From: an uncultured virus (IMG/VR IMGVR_UViG_3300044701_002726)
Lineage: Duplodnaviria; Heunggongvirae; Uroviricota; Caudoviricetes
Length of the DNA stretch: 58,842 nt
Strand: one strand, 5' to 3'
IMG/VR virus record: IMGVR_UViG_3300044701_002726
Shown: positions 19,408 through 28,166 of the stretch, one piece after another
Layout of the letters: each line of letters opens with the position of its first letter
Numbering within the stretch: position 1 is the first letter of the stretch
Made by a program: the position numbers and the translations under genes
Notes under the pieces: generated by a model
Seen by the model: only the letters and a program-made list of their open reading frames with translations
Database searches by the model: none
What the model was told of the DNA's origin: nothing

Positions 19408-19715
19408 TAAGTGTTCTTCCATTTTCGGAAGTGTGTATCTACAATATTTCTTGTTCGAACATCTTTGATTGTTTTTTTACTGTATCGTTCACCAACAGGA
19501 GATTCTGGATGAGCCTCTGCAACTTTAGATAATACTTCTTTCCATGTATCGTCTGTCTTTGAATCGAAACTACCACTCATACTTGTGATACCAAAACTTG
19601 TTGGCATTTGTTGTATGTGTGGATTCTTTTGAAGCAATTCTTCTTTTCTTGAGTTGGTTAGAAAGTCTTCGAATTCTTCACTTGTTTCTGTATTTAAAAA
19701 TTTAAATGTTGGCAT
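19407..19715 (-). CDS. Conserved hypothetical protein (FmdB-like N-terminus)
   Basis: MPTFKFLNTETSEEFE...WKEVLSKVAEAHPES. Confidence 0.65.
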   Translation of the reverse strand: MPTFKFLNTETSEEFEDFLTNSRKEELLQKNPHIQQMPTSFGITSMSGSFDSKTDDTWKEVLSKVAEAHPESPVGERYSKKTIKDVRTRNIVDTHFRKWKNT

Positions 19716-20256
19716 CTAAATGATTTCCCATCTCAGTAAATATTCCCACAAAGAAATCGAAAGCTTTGTTTGCTTCATCTGCAAGACCCATACTCAATCT
19801 ATCACTAAACTCTTTAATTAATTTTGGTCGATCTTCAAATTGATATGAATACCCAGAACCAGGTATCACTCTTGCCATTAATTTTCCACCATATAGATCG
19901 CCCATGTGTCGAACATAAATGTGTGCAAACAACAAATGTTTTCTAGTTGGATCAGCTACAAGGTCTTTCAGATATTGAATATAGTTTGATGTAGACTCGA
20001 AAATATCACGCTCATATCCAGGCTCTAATTCATCTAAGTCTTGTTTTATTTTTGCTTGGCGTTTTACATCTGTTAAACCAAAAAGAAGACCTCCCTTTTC
20101 AGCAAGGTCTTCTAGAACACCATAAATGTGATACAACTCATACAGATAAAAAACATATTCTGGCTTTGTTACTTTGCCAGTCATTATTTTCTGTATGAGT
20201 GGAAGATTTTCTACTTCTCTGTGTTTATCATATGTTGCTTTAGCTAATATAGTCAT
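19702..20256 (-). CDS. Heme oxygenase
   Basis: Proximal His in ATYDKHREVE; distal helix AHIYVRHMGDLYGG; EANKAF. Confidence 0.88.
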   Translation of the reverse strand: MTILAKATYDKHREVENLPLIQKIMTGKVTKPEYVFYLYELYHIYGVLEDLAEKGGLLFGLTDVKRQAKIKQDLDELEPGYERDIFESTSNYIQYLKDLVADPTRKHLLFAHIYVRHMGDLYGGKLMARVIPGSGYSYQFEDRPKLIKEFSDRLSMGLADEANKAFDFFVGIFTEMGNHLDANI

Positions 20257-20795
20257 GTTGTTATGTACCAGTTTGGAGTTTCACGATTTTTCCATCGAGC
20301 AAAATGATTTTTTCGTTCGATGTAATATTTATGATACGATGCTAACGAATCATTTGGTACTTTACATTCATCAGGCATTGCAGGTGTTGGCGGAGTAAAT
20401 GGCCCATCGGAAATATTTTCTGGCCACATGTACAACAATTCCATGTAGTTCGCACAAGCATGGCGTTTGCCGTAACGATGCGTATATTCAAGCAACAGAT
20501 AATTCCACATACGATTAAGCCATATGTAATTCTGTTTTGTTTTACGAGTCCATACGGCAGATGGATGATTGATATGTGATGCTTTCATCAAACCAGATTC
20601 ATACTTTGAATCTTCCATGCGCCAGCGTTTGATCTTACGACCATTTGCAGTAACATCAATATACTCTTTGCCGTCGAGAATACGATGTGCAGTAGACATG
20701 AGCTGTGCGTACTCAATGATCATTTTGACCACATGTTTGTCACAGTGCATGGCTGCACATGTTTTTGGATCAGCATCTAAGTAAAAAATGTTCAC
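20253..20795 (-). CDS. Pyrimidine-dimer DNA glycosylase (DenV-like) family protein
   Basis: MNIFYLD...HCDKHVVKMIIEYAQLMSTAHR...HINHPSAVW...EYTHRYGKRH. Confidence 0.75.
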   Translation of the reverse strand: MNIFYLDADPKTCAAMHCDKHVVKMIIEYAQLMSTAHRILDGKEYIDVTANGRKIKRWRMEDSKYESGLMKASHINHPSAVWTRKTKQNYIWLNRMWNYLLLEYTHRYGKRHACANYMELLYMWPENISDGPFTPPTPAMPDECKVPNDSLASYHKYYIERKNHFARWKNRETPNWYITT

Positions 20796-21070
20796 TTGCC
20801 ATCGTCCTTTGCTCGTTCAACTGCTTCATACACTTTGCGATATTTGTGGTAATTCTTACAAAGTTCTTCAAACTCATTAAAGCACTTCTCAAACTTTAAT
20901 TGATACAATGATTGCATACCAATTAGAATGTTTCCTAATTCATCTTCTGTAAGTGGTTGTGGACGATCATACACTTGCTCAGTAAGCAGTTTAAGATCAT
21001 CAACAACACCCCAACATTGCAGAATTGATTGTTCAACATCAAAAATATTACTAACACTATTCATTACCAA
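20792..21070 (-). CDS. Hypothetical protein
   Basis: Tightly packed ORF. Confidence 0.6.
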   Translation of the reverse strand: MVMNSVSNIFDVEQSILQCWGVVDDLKLLTEQVYDRPQPLTEDELGNILIGMQSLYQLKFEKCFNEFEELCKNYHKYRKVYEAVERAKDDGK

Positions 21071-21264
21071 CTCCCATCATCTATCCAAAAACGGATTGTT
21101 AAAAATAACCATGAAACTGCCTTTGTCTTTTCATTAGGCCATTCGTTTGATGCAAAATATTTAGGTATGATATTCCAATGAAAAGGATTTATAGTGATGC
21201 TAACAGAAGCACCACTATAACGCAAGTAATTAAAGGCAGTTTTAAATTTACTTTCAGGCAGCAT
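21064..21264 (-). CDS. Hypothetical protein
   Basis: Tightly packed ORF. Confidence 0.55.
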   Translation of the reverse strand: MLPESKFKTAFNYLRYSGASVSITINPFHWNIIPKYFASNEWPNEKTKAVSWLFLTIRFWIDDGSW

Positions 21265-21541
21265 TTTTTACACCAAAAATATTAGACCATCTACGAATTT
21301 TTTCAGACTTCGCATCAATGGCAAAGTCTACAGCAAGTTTGTCGATGATTCGATTATCCATCATCAGATTAATCATACAAAGAAGATCACCAACTTCTTC
21401 TTCAAGCCTTTGTTGATTAGTCATTTCTTCATTTGGGTGTTTTTCGTTAAACCCAAAACGAAAACATTTGCTAATTGCCTGTACAACTTCTGCACATTCT
21501 TCTTGTGCAATTAACATTATTTCTTTTTGTGTACTATTCAT
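21254..21541 (-). CDS. MazG-like nucleotide pyrophosphohydrolase
   Basis: EECAEVVQAISK..RFG and LEEEVGDLL (ExxE...ExxD) motifs. Confidence 0.75.
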   Translation of the reverse strand: MNSTQKEIMLIAQEECAEVVQAISKCFRFGFNEKHPNEEMTNQQRLEEEVGDLLCMINLMMDNRIIDKLAVDFAIDAKSEKIRRWSNIFGVKNAA

Positions 21542-21822
21542 TATTGATTCATAGCAGTACGATTCAGAACGACTGCTTCCTTATAGAATTTTTGTGAAGT
21601 ATATTGAACACAAGTTACATCATCCATATTTTTACCTAACTGTTCAATTTTGGTGCAAACAAATTGACTCTTACTTAGAGTAAAAGCATTTTGATAAGTT
21701 CCATAACTCAAATAAGCAAGTGCAACAGCTACAACAAAACTAACAGTACCAAAGAGTGCAAAGAAAGTAGAAAAATTACTGTTTTCTTTTACATCAATCA
21801 CTTCTCGTTTATCGCTAATCAT
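21541..21822 (-). CDS. Hypothetical membrane protein
   Basis: One TM helix; start revised to ATG 21822 after AAAGGA. Confidence 0.6.
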   Translation of the reverse strand: MISDKREVIDVKENSNFSTFFALFGTVSFVVAVALAYLSYGTYQNAFTLSKSQFVCTKIEQLGKNMDDVTCVQYTSQKFYKEAVVLNRTAMNQ

Positions 21823-21844
21823 AATAATTTCCTTTGTGTGTAAG

Positions 21845-21936
21845 GTGTAACGGGGCACAACTGAGCGCCTCTCGGCGAGTCTGCTGTCATTTAAGAGTAA
21901 GGCGCATACACTGGTATGCCGCTCACTCCCCCTTCC
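21845..21936 (-). ncRNA. Unidentified structured intergenic RNA element
   Basis: GC-rich island; nested stems GAGTGAG/CTTACTC, GCATAC/GTATGC, CGCC-GAGA-GGCG. Confidence 0.45.
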
Positions 21937-21948
21937 AAATCAATTCAA

Positions 21949-22467
21949 TTAAAACGGAGCAACATTGTCACGGATGTCATTGACGATATCATCAATTTCA
22001 GAATCAAATTCATCTACAATTTCTTCGACAGAAATTTCTTCGACAAGTTTATTCTTCAAAGGTTTAGCATCAAGATCGTCAAGAGTTTCTACAACTTGAG
22101 TCTTGGCAACTTTCTTCTTAGGAGTCTTAGGCGTTTTCGGAGCCTTCGGAGCCTTAGGAGTTTTTGTTGCCTTGGGTGCCTTGGCAGTTTTCTTGGCACC
22201 GAAAGTTTTTTCCCTATTGTCTAGGTACTCTTGCATCTCAGCAATATTCTTCAGAACATAGCCTTCGACTTTGCGACCATCTTTGGTCAGACTCACTACA
22301 CCGCCAGTCTTCTTGATACGCCAGATGAAAGTGGAAAGACGATACAGAGGTACATCTTTCATTTCAGGCATAGCCTCAAGAGATTCACGACTTACAGGTT
22401 TGCCTGTAAGCATTACTTTGAGAATTTTTTCCCACTGAAGAAGACTAGATTTTTTCGCAACACGCAT
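21949..22467 (-). CDS. Hypothetical protein with K/A/P histone-H1-like repeats and acidic tail
   Basis: AKAPKATKTPKAPKAPKTPKTPKK; own promoter. Confidence 0.65.
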   Translation of the reverse strand: MRVAKKSSLLQWEKILKVMLTGKPVSRESLEAMPEMKDVPLYRLSTFIWRIKKTGGVVSLTKDGRKVEGYVLKNIAEMQEYLDNREKTFGAKKTAKAPKATKTPKAPKAPKTPKTPKKKVAKTQVVETLDDLDAKPLKNKLVEEISVEEIVDEFDSEIDDIVNDIRDNVAPF

Positions 22468-22501
22468 GATATAAATTTCCTTATTTGATTGAACAGACTA
22501 C

Positions 22502-22530
22502 ATTGTAACAGAGGTAGGCACAAAAGTCAA
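22502..22530 (-). promoter_or_regulatory. Early sigma70-type promoter
   Basis: TTGACT-N17-TACAAT. Confidence 0.75.
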
Positions 22531-22545
22531 GCGTTGCCTGAGCAT

Positions 22546-22932
22546 TTATGCCGCTTCTTTCACGGTACAGTGGTCATAGAATTCTTGCCAAGAACCAGAA
22601 AAAAGTTCACTTTGATCGCCGTCAAGAATTTTGACTTTATCACGGTAAACATGATATTCATAATCTTGGCAAACATCTTGTCCAAGTTCGACAGGTTCAA
22701 GATAAAACCCACCGACACCGACTTTGAAAAATGCGATCATCTGTGCTGCAAGACAACCCATACCATTCGCAAGTTTAGGTTTCTTCTCATCATAACCATT
22801 TACGACTTCAAAACCATCAAGAAACCCAGCAAGTTCTGCACCGTGCGCTGACGGATAACCATCAAACTGACGATACATGCAAACTACAGGAGTTTCATTA
22901 TCAAAAACATATGTAAGCGAACGAGTACCCAT
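22546..22932 (-). CDS. Conserved hypothetical phage protein
   Basis: MGTRSL...YRQFDGYPS.HG..L...NGMGCLAAQ. Confidence 0.7.
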   Translation of the reverse strand: MGTRSLTYVFDNETPVVCMYRQFDGYPSAHGAELAGFLDGFEVVNGYDEKKPKLANGMGCLAAQMIAFFKVGVGGFYLEPVELGQDVCQDYEYHVYRDKVKILDGDQSELFSGSWQEFYDHCTVKEAA

Positions 22933-23072
22933 TATACAATCTCCAATTGATCAGCCGCACAAACAGCATCGGCATAATTATCAGTTTCTAAATCAATCAC
23001 CGTACCATCAGAAAAGATTGCACGATAAAACCCATATTCATCTTTTTCAACACTAAGCAGAAAATTATCCAT
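22932..23072 (-). CDS. Small hypothetical protein (46 aa)
   Basis: MDNFLLSVEKDEYGFYRAIF...; fills the gap exactly, stop overlaps next start. Confidence 0.55.
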   Translation of the reverse strand: MDNFLLSVEKDEYGFYRAIFSDGTVIDLETDNYADAVCAADQLEIV

Positions 23073-23076
23073 TATA

Positions 23077-23814
23077 TTAAGCAGCTTTCATCATAAAAGT
23101 GGGAAACTTAACAAAACCAGAGGTATCTTTTTTCGCTTTACCTTTGGCATACAGACCAACTACAACACCTTTCGGATCAAGAAAACGCAAGTCAGATTCA
23201 TCACCATTGAAAACTGGCATGCCTTCATAAGTCTCAGGCATTGGTTGCGATTTCTTAATACCGAACACTGTTGCGACATTGTATTTTTGTTTTATAGCCG
23301 AAAGGACGTCAGCATCATTACCATCGGCTGCACTGAATGTAAGGTGGTAATTAGGAATGTCCCGTACTTTACGGCCAAGAATTTTAGTGTAGTCATAGAA
23401 TTGTACATTTGGAAATACCTCAAAAATGTTTTTGTTGTCGATAACATCATATTTTTCCCATGCAAGGTCACTCGTACCATTCAAACGAAAAACTGGGATT
23501 AGATTTTTCTTGGCAGACTGCTTGATTGCCAATTGAATGTCTTTTACTAGAAGCGTCATAAACTCAGCACGATTCTCGAAAAATAATTTTGTTTTGCGAA
23601 TACGAGCCTGTTGAATTACATTTGTCGTTTCGCCTTTTTTGAACATTCCGCCACGACCTGCGGTATTCAAGCATGCCGTTTTGCAACCAGCGGTCGCTTT
23701 AGGGCAAGTATTGTAACCAGCAACATCTGCGGGAGCAAGGTGCAAAATGTAGGTCATATAACCTTGCTTCATACCTTTAAGAATTTTTGGGTTACCAATC
23801 GAAAGCAATTTCAT
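23077..23814 (-). CDS. Phage Gp88-like protein (Cys-motif, radical-SAM-like)
   Basis: CPKATAGCKTACLNTAGRG, RLNGTSD, FYDYTK, YHLTFS, GDESDLRFLD. Confidence 0.75.
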   Translation of the reverse strand: MKLLSIGNPKILKGMKQGYMTYILHLAPADVAGYNTCPKATAGCKTACLNTAGRGGMFKKGETTNVIQQARIRKTKLFFENRAEFMTLLVKDIQLAIKQSAKKNLIPVFRLNGTSDLAWEKYDVIDNKNIFEVFPNVQFYDYTKILGRKVRDIPNYHLTFSAADGNDADVLSAIKQKYNVATVFGIKKSQPMPETYEGMPVFNGDESDLRFLDPKGVVVGLYAKGKAKKDTSGFVKFPTFMMKAA

Positions 23815-23846
23815 TACAGAATGTCCTTATCAATCATCATGTAAGC

Positions 23847-23924
23847 ATTATAACAATAATCTGCCGAATTGTCAAGCACTAATGTTGCCAAAAAACAACA
23901 CTAAGTTAGTTAGTACTAACTAAC
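23847..23924 (-). promoter_or_regulatory. Early promoter TTGACA-N17-TATAAT with TGTTG-N8-CAACA box (23883-23900) and 20-bp palindrome (23905-23924)
   Basis: Perfect consensus promoter plus two dyad motifs. Confidence 0.85.
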
Positions 23925-24249
23925 GCCTCATTGCGGCCTGATCTCTCGCCTCTTCATCCGTAAATATTGGAACAGCATTTGATTTATGTAATGTACCAAT
24001 ACCCTTCATATTATCACCAGTATAATATTGGTCTGGCCGTTTATATGTATTATAATACCCAGTATCTTTAGAAGGAATATATGGTGTTTCTCGTTTAAAT
24101 ACTGTAGGTGTTGGTTTATATTTTGTTACACCAGAAATAGGTTTAATTAATTTAGTACGATTAACTAAATCTTGCCATTCTGTTATTAATTGTTTTTGTT
24201 TTGTATTAACTTTGCGTTTTTTAGATTTTTGATTTGTAAATATTAACAT
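23920..24249 (-). CDS. Conserved hypothetical phage protein
   Basis: YTGDNMKGIGTLHKSNAVPIF motif. Confidence 0.7.
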   Translation of the reverse strand: MLIFTNQKSKKRKVNTKQKQLITEWQDLVNRTKLIKPISGVTKYKPTPTVFKRETPYIPSKDTGYYNTYKRPDQYYTGDNMKGIGTLHKSNAVPIFTDEEARDQAAMRR

Positions 24250-24428
24250 ACTGGTTCTTGCACCTCAATATTCATATAATCACGATCACGAATAACCATA
24301 CTAATATAATCAGCAAGTTTCTCACCATTATTATCAATAATACATTCAGCAAGTAATTGCAATTCATTATTAGTCATTTGATTAATCATACTTGCAGCTT
24401 GAATAACTTTAAAAGCGTTCATATTCAT
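24243..24428 (-). CDS. Hypothetical protein
   Basis: RBS TAAGGA and own promoter. Confidence 0.6.
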   Translation of the reverse strand: MNMNAFKVIQAASMINQMTNNELQLLAECIIDNNGEKLADYISMVIRDRDYMNIEVQEPVC

Positions 24429-24457
24429 TTGATTTCCTTATCAATCACTATGTAAAT

Positions 24458-24510
24458 ATTATATCAGTATATTGCCAAATTGTCAAGCAGATTGTAGTTT
24501 TTTTGCAACA
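24458..24510 (-). promoter_or_regulatory. Early promoter TTGACA-N17-TATAAT with upstream dyad box
   Basis: Box variant TGTAG-N8-CAACA at 24493-24510. Confidence 0.8.
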
Positions 24511-24902
24511 GCGTCTGAGTGCTTGCATTTGCGGCGATAACCGAAACCGATACATGGGCAAGTAATATATTTACCTATTATATTAAATTCTACAATATAA
24601 TCTTTACCTTTTGATGTTACTTTAAACTGGCGAATATTTTTAGATTTAGTAATTACCGTTTTTTTCTTTTGATAATCATCTTCAGAAATAAATTGCGGTA
24701 TTAATTTAGATAAACCTTTGTGATTATCTACCACGAATTTACGGTATCGTTTATCTAGAGTTTGGCGAGATTTAAATATCTGAATCTCATTTGAGTGCCA
24801 TTTGGCATATGCGATAACTTGGCCTTTTTTATTGACCAAGTAGGTGTGATTAGGTTGCCGATAATCGACATCCCATTGTGTGATTTCTTTGAGAATTTCC
24901 AT
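24483..24902 (-). CDS. SWIM zinc-finger domain protein
   Basis: C-terminal CPCIGFGYRRKCKH (CxC...CxH). Confidence 0.7.
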   Translation of the reverse strand: MEILKEITQWDVDYRQPNHTYLVNKKGQVIAYAKWHSNEIQIFKSRQTLDKRYRKFVVDNHKGLSKLIPQFISEDDYQKKKTVITKSKNIRQFKVTSKGKDYIVEFNIIGKYITCPCIGFGYRRKCKHSDAVAKKLQSA

Positions 24903-24911
24903 AGTTCTTGT

Positions 24912-24964
24912 ATTATAACAGAAGCTAGGAAATTGTCAATAGGCAGTGTTGTATTAAAACAACA
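24912..24964 (-). promoter_or_regulatory. Early promoter TTGACA-N16-TATAAT with TGTTG-N8-CAACA box (24947-24964)
   Basis: Motifs read directly. Confidence 0.75.
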
Positions 24965-24970
24965 GCGACA

Positions 24971-25005
24971 TTAATGTTGCTTTAACACTACTAAAGCAAC
25001 ATTAA
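24971..25005. terminator. 14-bp AT-rich inverted repeat after the upstream operon (possible terminator/processing stem)
   Basis: TTAATGTTGCTTTA-N7-TAAAGCAACATTAA. Confidence 0.45.
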
Positions 25006-25169
25006 CCTTTCAATAGTTGCCTATTGTCTGATTCTCTAAGGTCTTCTTCAAATTCAGCAACCTTGAGCCGATTGAGTTCGGTTTGTAATTGCAATTTCGC
25101 ACCTTCATCTCTTGCAATCTTTTCCTCAAGTTCACGAATCTGTCTTTTCAATTCATCTTTATGTGACAT
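25002..25169 (-). CDS. Small coiled-coil hypothetical protein (55 aa)
   Basis: MSHKDELKRQIRELEEKIARDEG...RQLLKG. Confidence 0.6.
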   Translation of the reverse strand: MSHKDELKRQIRELEEKIARDEGAKLQLQTELNRLKVAEFEEDLRESDNRQLLKG

Positions 25170-25311
25170 ACTCGGTTTTCTCTTCTCTCGCTAAGCGATA
25201 AAATGATTTGTCGTGATGTTTCTTTTTTTCAAACTTAATAGACTCTTTGTCTTTGTTTTTACGGAATTTTGTTTTGTGAGTCTTTTGGATTTTTTGACCG
25301 CCTGAAATCAT
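25159..25311 (-). CDS. Small basic hypothetical protein (50 aa)
   Basis: MISGGQKIQKTHKTKFRKNK...; overlaps next start. Confidence 0.5.
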   Translation of the reverse strand: MISGGQKIQKTHKTKFRKNKDKESIKFEKKKHHDKSFYRLAREEKTEYVT

Positions 25312-25330
25312 GTTAGAAAACTAACCTCCT

Positions 25331-25906
25331 TTAAAAGATTTGATCAGCGATGCCAAGTTCGATTGCTTCTTCAGCAGTAAACCAAACATCACTTGGCGGA
25401 AGAAGTTTGGTTTTGATTGTACGAGATTCTAGTCCCGTAAATTCTTTGAGTAGTGTTACCATTCTATCATTGATAAGTTCAGTCTCTTTCATTGTAGACC
25501 GCATATCATGGTACTTACCATTGTTAGTATAACTAAATTGATGGCACATGATGCTTGCTGTCTCAGAAACGAACCTATGTCCTTTGGTGCCTGCTGTGAA
25601 TACCATAAATGCAGATGAACATACAGAACCAATAGCAATAGTGCGAATCACTTTGCGAGACTTCTTCATCACTTCAATCAGCGCAAATGCATCTTGCAAA
25701 TTGCCACCATCAGAATTGATATACAGCGTCAACTCACCTCGATCATCTTTTAAATTCTCATAGATGATCCAACGAATTGCAGCCAATGTGTTTTCTTCGT
25801 TAATATCTCCAGTTAAAAAATGAATACGATTATTGAGCATAACAGAATCTATGCCCTCATTCATAGCAACAACATTATCAAGTTTTTCGGTCATTTTTTT
25901 TACCAT
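25331..25906 (-). CDS. clpP: ClpP-like serine protease proteolytic subunit
   Basis: LYINSDGG, GSVCSSA (Ser), MCHQ (His), DVWFTAEEAIELGIAD (Asp region). Confidence 0.85.
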   Translation of the reverse strand: MVKKMTEKLDNVVAMNEGIDSVMLNNRIHFLTGDINEENTLAAIRWIIYENLKDDRGELTLYINSDGGNLQDAFALIEVMKKSRKVIRTIAIGSVCSSAFMVFTAGTKGHRFVSETASIMCHQFSYTNNGKYHDMRSTMKETELINDRMVTLLKEFTGLESRTIKTKLLPPSDVWFTAEEAIELGIADQIF

Positions 25907-26664
25907 TACAGGTTATCATTAGTGTTTAAAGTTAAAACAAGTCCATCATCTTCAGTTTTCCAAGGCAATTGCCCTTTATATTTCTGTTCCATAAATTTAT
26001 TCCCATTAATGAAGAAATCAGCCTTAACAGAATCACTTCTATTTCCAACTCTATAATTCAATGTGTATTGTTTTGTGGATTTATATCTAGTTTTGTTTTG
26101 GCGCAAAACACTAATCAAAAGTCTATCAACTTCTGGTTGATCCAATCGTGTTCTTCTATACCAAATTGGAGAAGTATGTACTGCCATCATTTTAGGTAAA
26201 AAGTAACAATTAACATCTACAAAATATTCTTGATCACTCAAACAAGAAGGCCAAAGTCCTAGGCTCTCACAATCATCATTGCAAATATATTTACCATCAC
26301 CATCTACAATTTTCCTAAAAGTAAATGCCCAATCATTGCCCTCTACCGTCTTAACTAAAGATTCAACATGTTCTTCATCTAGCCAATTATCTTCATCTAA
26401 AAAAATAAAATAATCAGCATCAATCAAGTAAGGAATGGTGGCATATATTCTGTGACCATTGTAATTACCTGCGCCAGTATTTTCAGGTAAAAACATAGGT
26501 GTGACATTAAAATCTTTTATGATATCACGAACTTTAGTTTCGTATTCTGGGCCATCACAAACCACAACACTCTTAATATTTTTATATGTCTGTTTAGATA
26601 CAGAATCTAAATTTTGTTTCAAATATTTGGTGCCTATTGTAGGCGTCACTACAGCAACTTTCAT
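25906..26664 (-). CDS. Glycosyltransferase family 2
   Basis: VAVVTPT, VVVCDG, FIFLDEDNW DxD motif. Confidence 0.85.
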   Translation of the reverse strand: MKVAVVTPTIGTKYLKQNLDSVSKQTYKNIKSVVVCDGPEYETKVRDIIKDFNVTPMFLPENTGAGNYNGHRIYATIPYLIDADYFIFLDEDNWLDEEHVESLVKTVEGNDWAFTFRKIVDGDGKYICNDDCESLGLWPSCLSDQEYFVDVNCYFLPKMMAVHTSPIWYRRTRLDQPEVDRLLISVLRQNKTRYKSTKQYTLNYRVGNRSDSVKADFFINGNKFMEQKYKGQLPWKTEDDGLVLTLNTNDNL

Positions 26665-26667
26665 TTT

Positions 26668-27090
26668 TTACATTCCAGGATATGCTTCTTGTACGAGCTT
26701 AATTGTTAGGTTAGGAATTTTGAATTTTTTCTGCAAAACTTTTACCAGTAGTTCAGCTTCGTCTTTATGAAGAGATTCCAGTACAACTACAAGTAATTGT
26801 TTTTGTTTTTGTGGAGTAAGACCTGCTGGCCTTAACTTATGATCTTTAATAAAACGATACATTTTTTTCACTTCAATACTTAGGTACGAAAAGTTCAGTC
26901 CTGCTGGTTCAACAGCAGGCCTGTAACTTGGCACTTCAACATCAAATTCAACAGATGGTTCTAATGCATACCATAGAAATTCACGAAAGTTTACATGATC
27001 ATATTTTTTCAAAACTGCAATTCGTTCTTGCTTGTTTTGTGCTTGTTGAAACTCATCAAGAATTTCAGTCATCAACTTTTCTTTAATCAT
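26668..27090 (-). CDS. Conserved hypothetical protein (commonly next to rnh in T4-like phages)
   Basis: LESLHKDEAELLVKV motif; synteny. Confidence 0.7.
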   Translation of the reverse strand: MIKEKLMTEILDEFQQAQNKQERIAVLKKYDHVNFREFLWYALEPSVEFDVEVPSYRPAVEPAGLNFSYLSIEVKKMYRFIKDHKLRPAGLTPQKQKQLLVVVLESLHKDEAELLVKVLQKKFKIPNLTIKLVQEAYPGM

Positions 27091-27935
27091 TAGAAATCAT
27101 CCAGTACTTCAATTAAGTTTTTGAGCCGGTTGGCAATCATATAGTTCATAAAGTCTTGTTTTGTCTTAGACTCTGTACTTTCGTATTTATTCAAAATGGT
27201 TTCTCTGATTGTATTTGGAATCTTAGTCAGATCAATTAGAGTTTCATTACGAACATAATTTCGCATCATTTCATCGTTACAGAAGTCTTTTGGTTCTTGA
27301 TTCAACCACTTGATGATCTTGGCTTCAGTAATTGGTTTTTGACGGCCGCCTGAAACGAATACATCATCACTCGAAAGAATGTTGGGAATACCATCACCTT
27401 TGTCACCACGAATTACCATCTGTTTCAACTGAACAGAAGGAAATGGTTCTTTTATAAACTTTTTAAGAATTGGCGAATACTGTTCTACATTTGCAAACTT
27501 CTGCAATTGTGCAAAGTCTTTATCAGAGGAAAGAATCATAACCTTTTCAGAAGAAAACTTTTGTGCAAGAGTACCAATGATATCATCGGCTTCTGCACCT
27601 TCAACATCAATTACTTTGTATGGCGAATACTCTTTCAACTCTTCACGAATTTTATTCAATGATTCAAAAATAGAAGACCAGTCATGCCCAGAAGCATCTC
27701 TGGCCTTCTTACGACCTGCTTTGTAATGAGGATAAATCTCTCGACGCCAATAATGCTTGTTGTCACAGGCAATTACAACTTCTGGGCCATGAGACGATTT
27801 AAATTTCTTCACATAGGTACGAATAGTATTCAATATCATATGACGAACTAGGTTTTCATCTACAGAAGTCTTAGATGAACCAATCTGTTCCATAAGATTT
27901 GAAATTGCTATTTGTTGATAATCAAAAATAATCAT
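27090..27935 (-). CDS. rnh: T4-type RNase H (5'-3' exonuclease)
   Basis: RHMILN, YWRREIYPHYKAGRK, AEADDIIG, SSDKDFAQL, GDKGDGIPN. Confidence 0.95.
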   Translation of the reverse strand: MIIFDYQQIAISNLMEQIGSSKTSVDENLVRHMILNTIRTYVKKFKSSHGPEVVIACDNKHYWRREIYPHYKAGRKKARDASGHDWSSIFESLNKIREELKEYSPYKVIDVEGAEADDIIGTLAQKFSSEKVMILSSDKDFAQLQKFANVEQYSPILKKFIKEPFPSVQLKQMVIRGDKGDGIPNILSSDDVFVSGGRQKPITEAKIIKWLNQEPKDFCNDEMMRNYVRNETLIDLTKIPNTIRETILNKYESTESKTKQDFMNYMIANRLKNLIEVLDDF

Positions 27936-27947
27936 TTTATACTTTCA

Positions 27948-28166
27948 TTAGTCTGTATGTGGAGGAAGATCAACTTCTTCTTCCCAATATCTGCAATAGA
28001 AATGGTCTCCATAACTATCTATTTCTTTTTGCGGATAACCTTCTGCAACAAGCCAATCGTTAAACTCTTGATATGAAAGATTATCTTTTGGCATTGGTTT
28101 TGGAAACCCATACTTCCAACCAGCAGGAGGGTCACACACTCTTACAGTTCTAGTCATTGTTTTCAT
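27948..28166 (-). CDS. Hypothetical protein
   Basis: DPPAGWKYGFPK motif; coupled to upstream gene. Confidence 0.6.
   Translation of the reverse strand: MKTMTRTVRVCDPPAGWKYGFPKPMPKDNLSYQEFNDWLVAEGYPQKEIDSYGDHFYCRYWEEEVDLPPHTD

Noticed and set aside
21845..21936. Hammerhead or twister ribozyme identity
   Set aside because: Conserved catalytic cores (e.g. CUGANGA...GAAA) not found by eye on either strand; kept as an unidentified structure
23883..23900. LexA SOS box identity for TGTTG-N8-CAACA
   Set aside because: Half-site and spacing differ from CTGT-N8-ACAG
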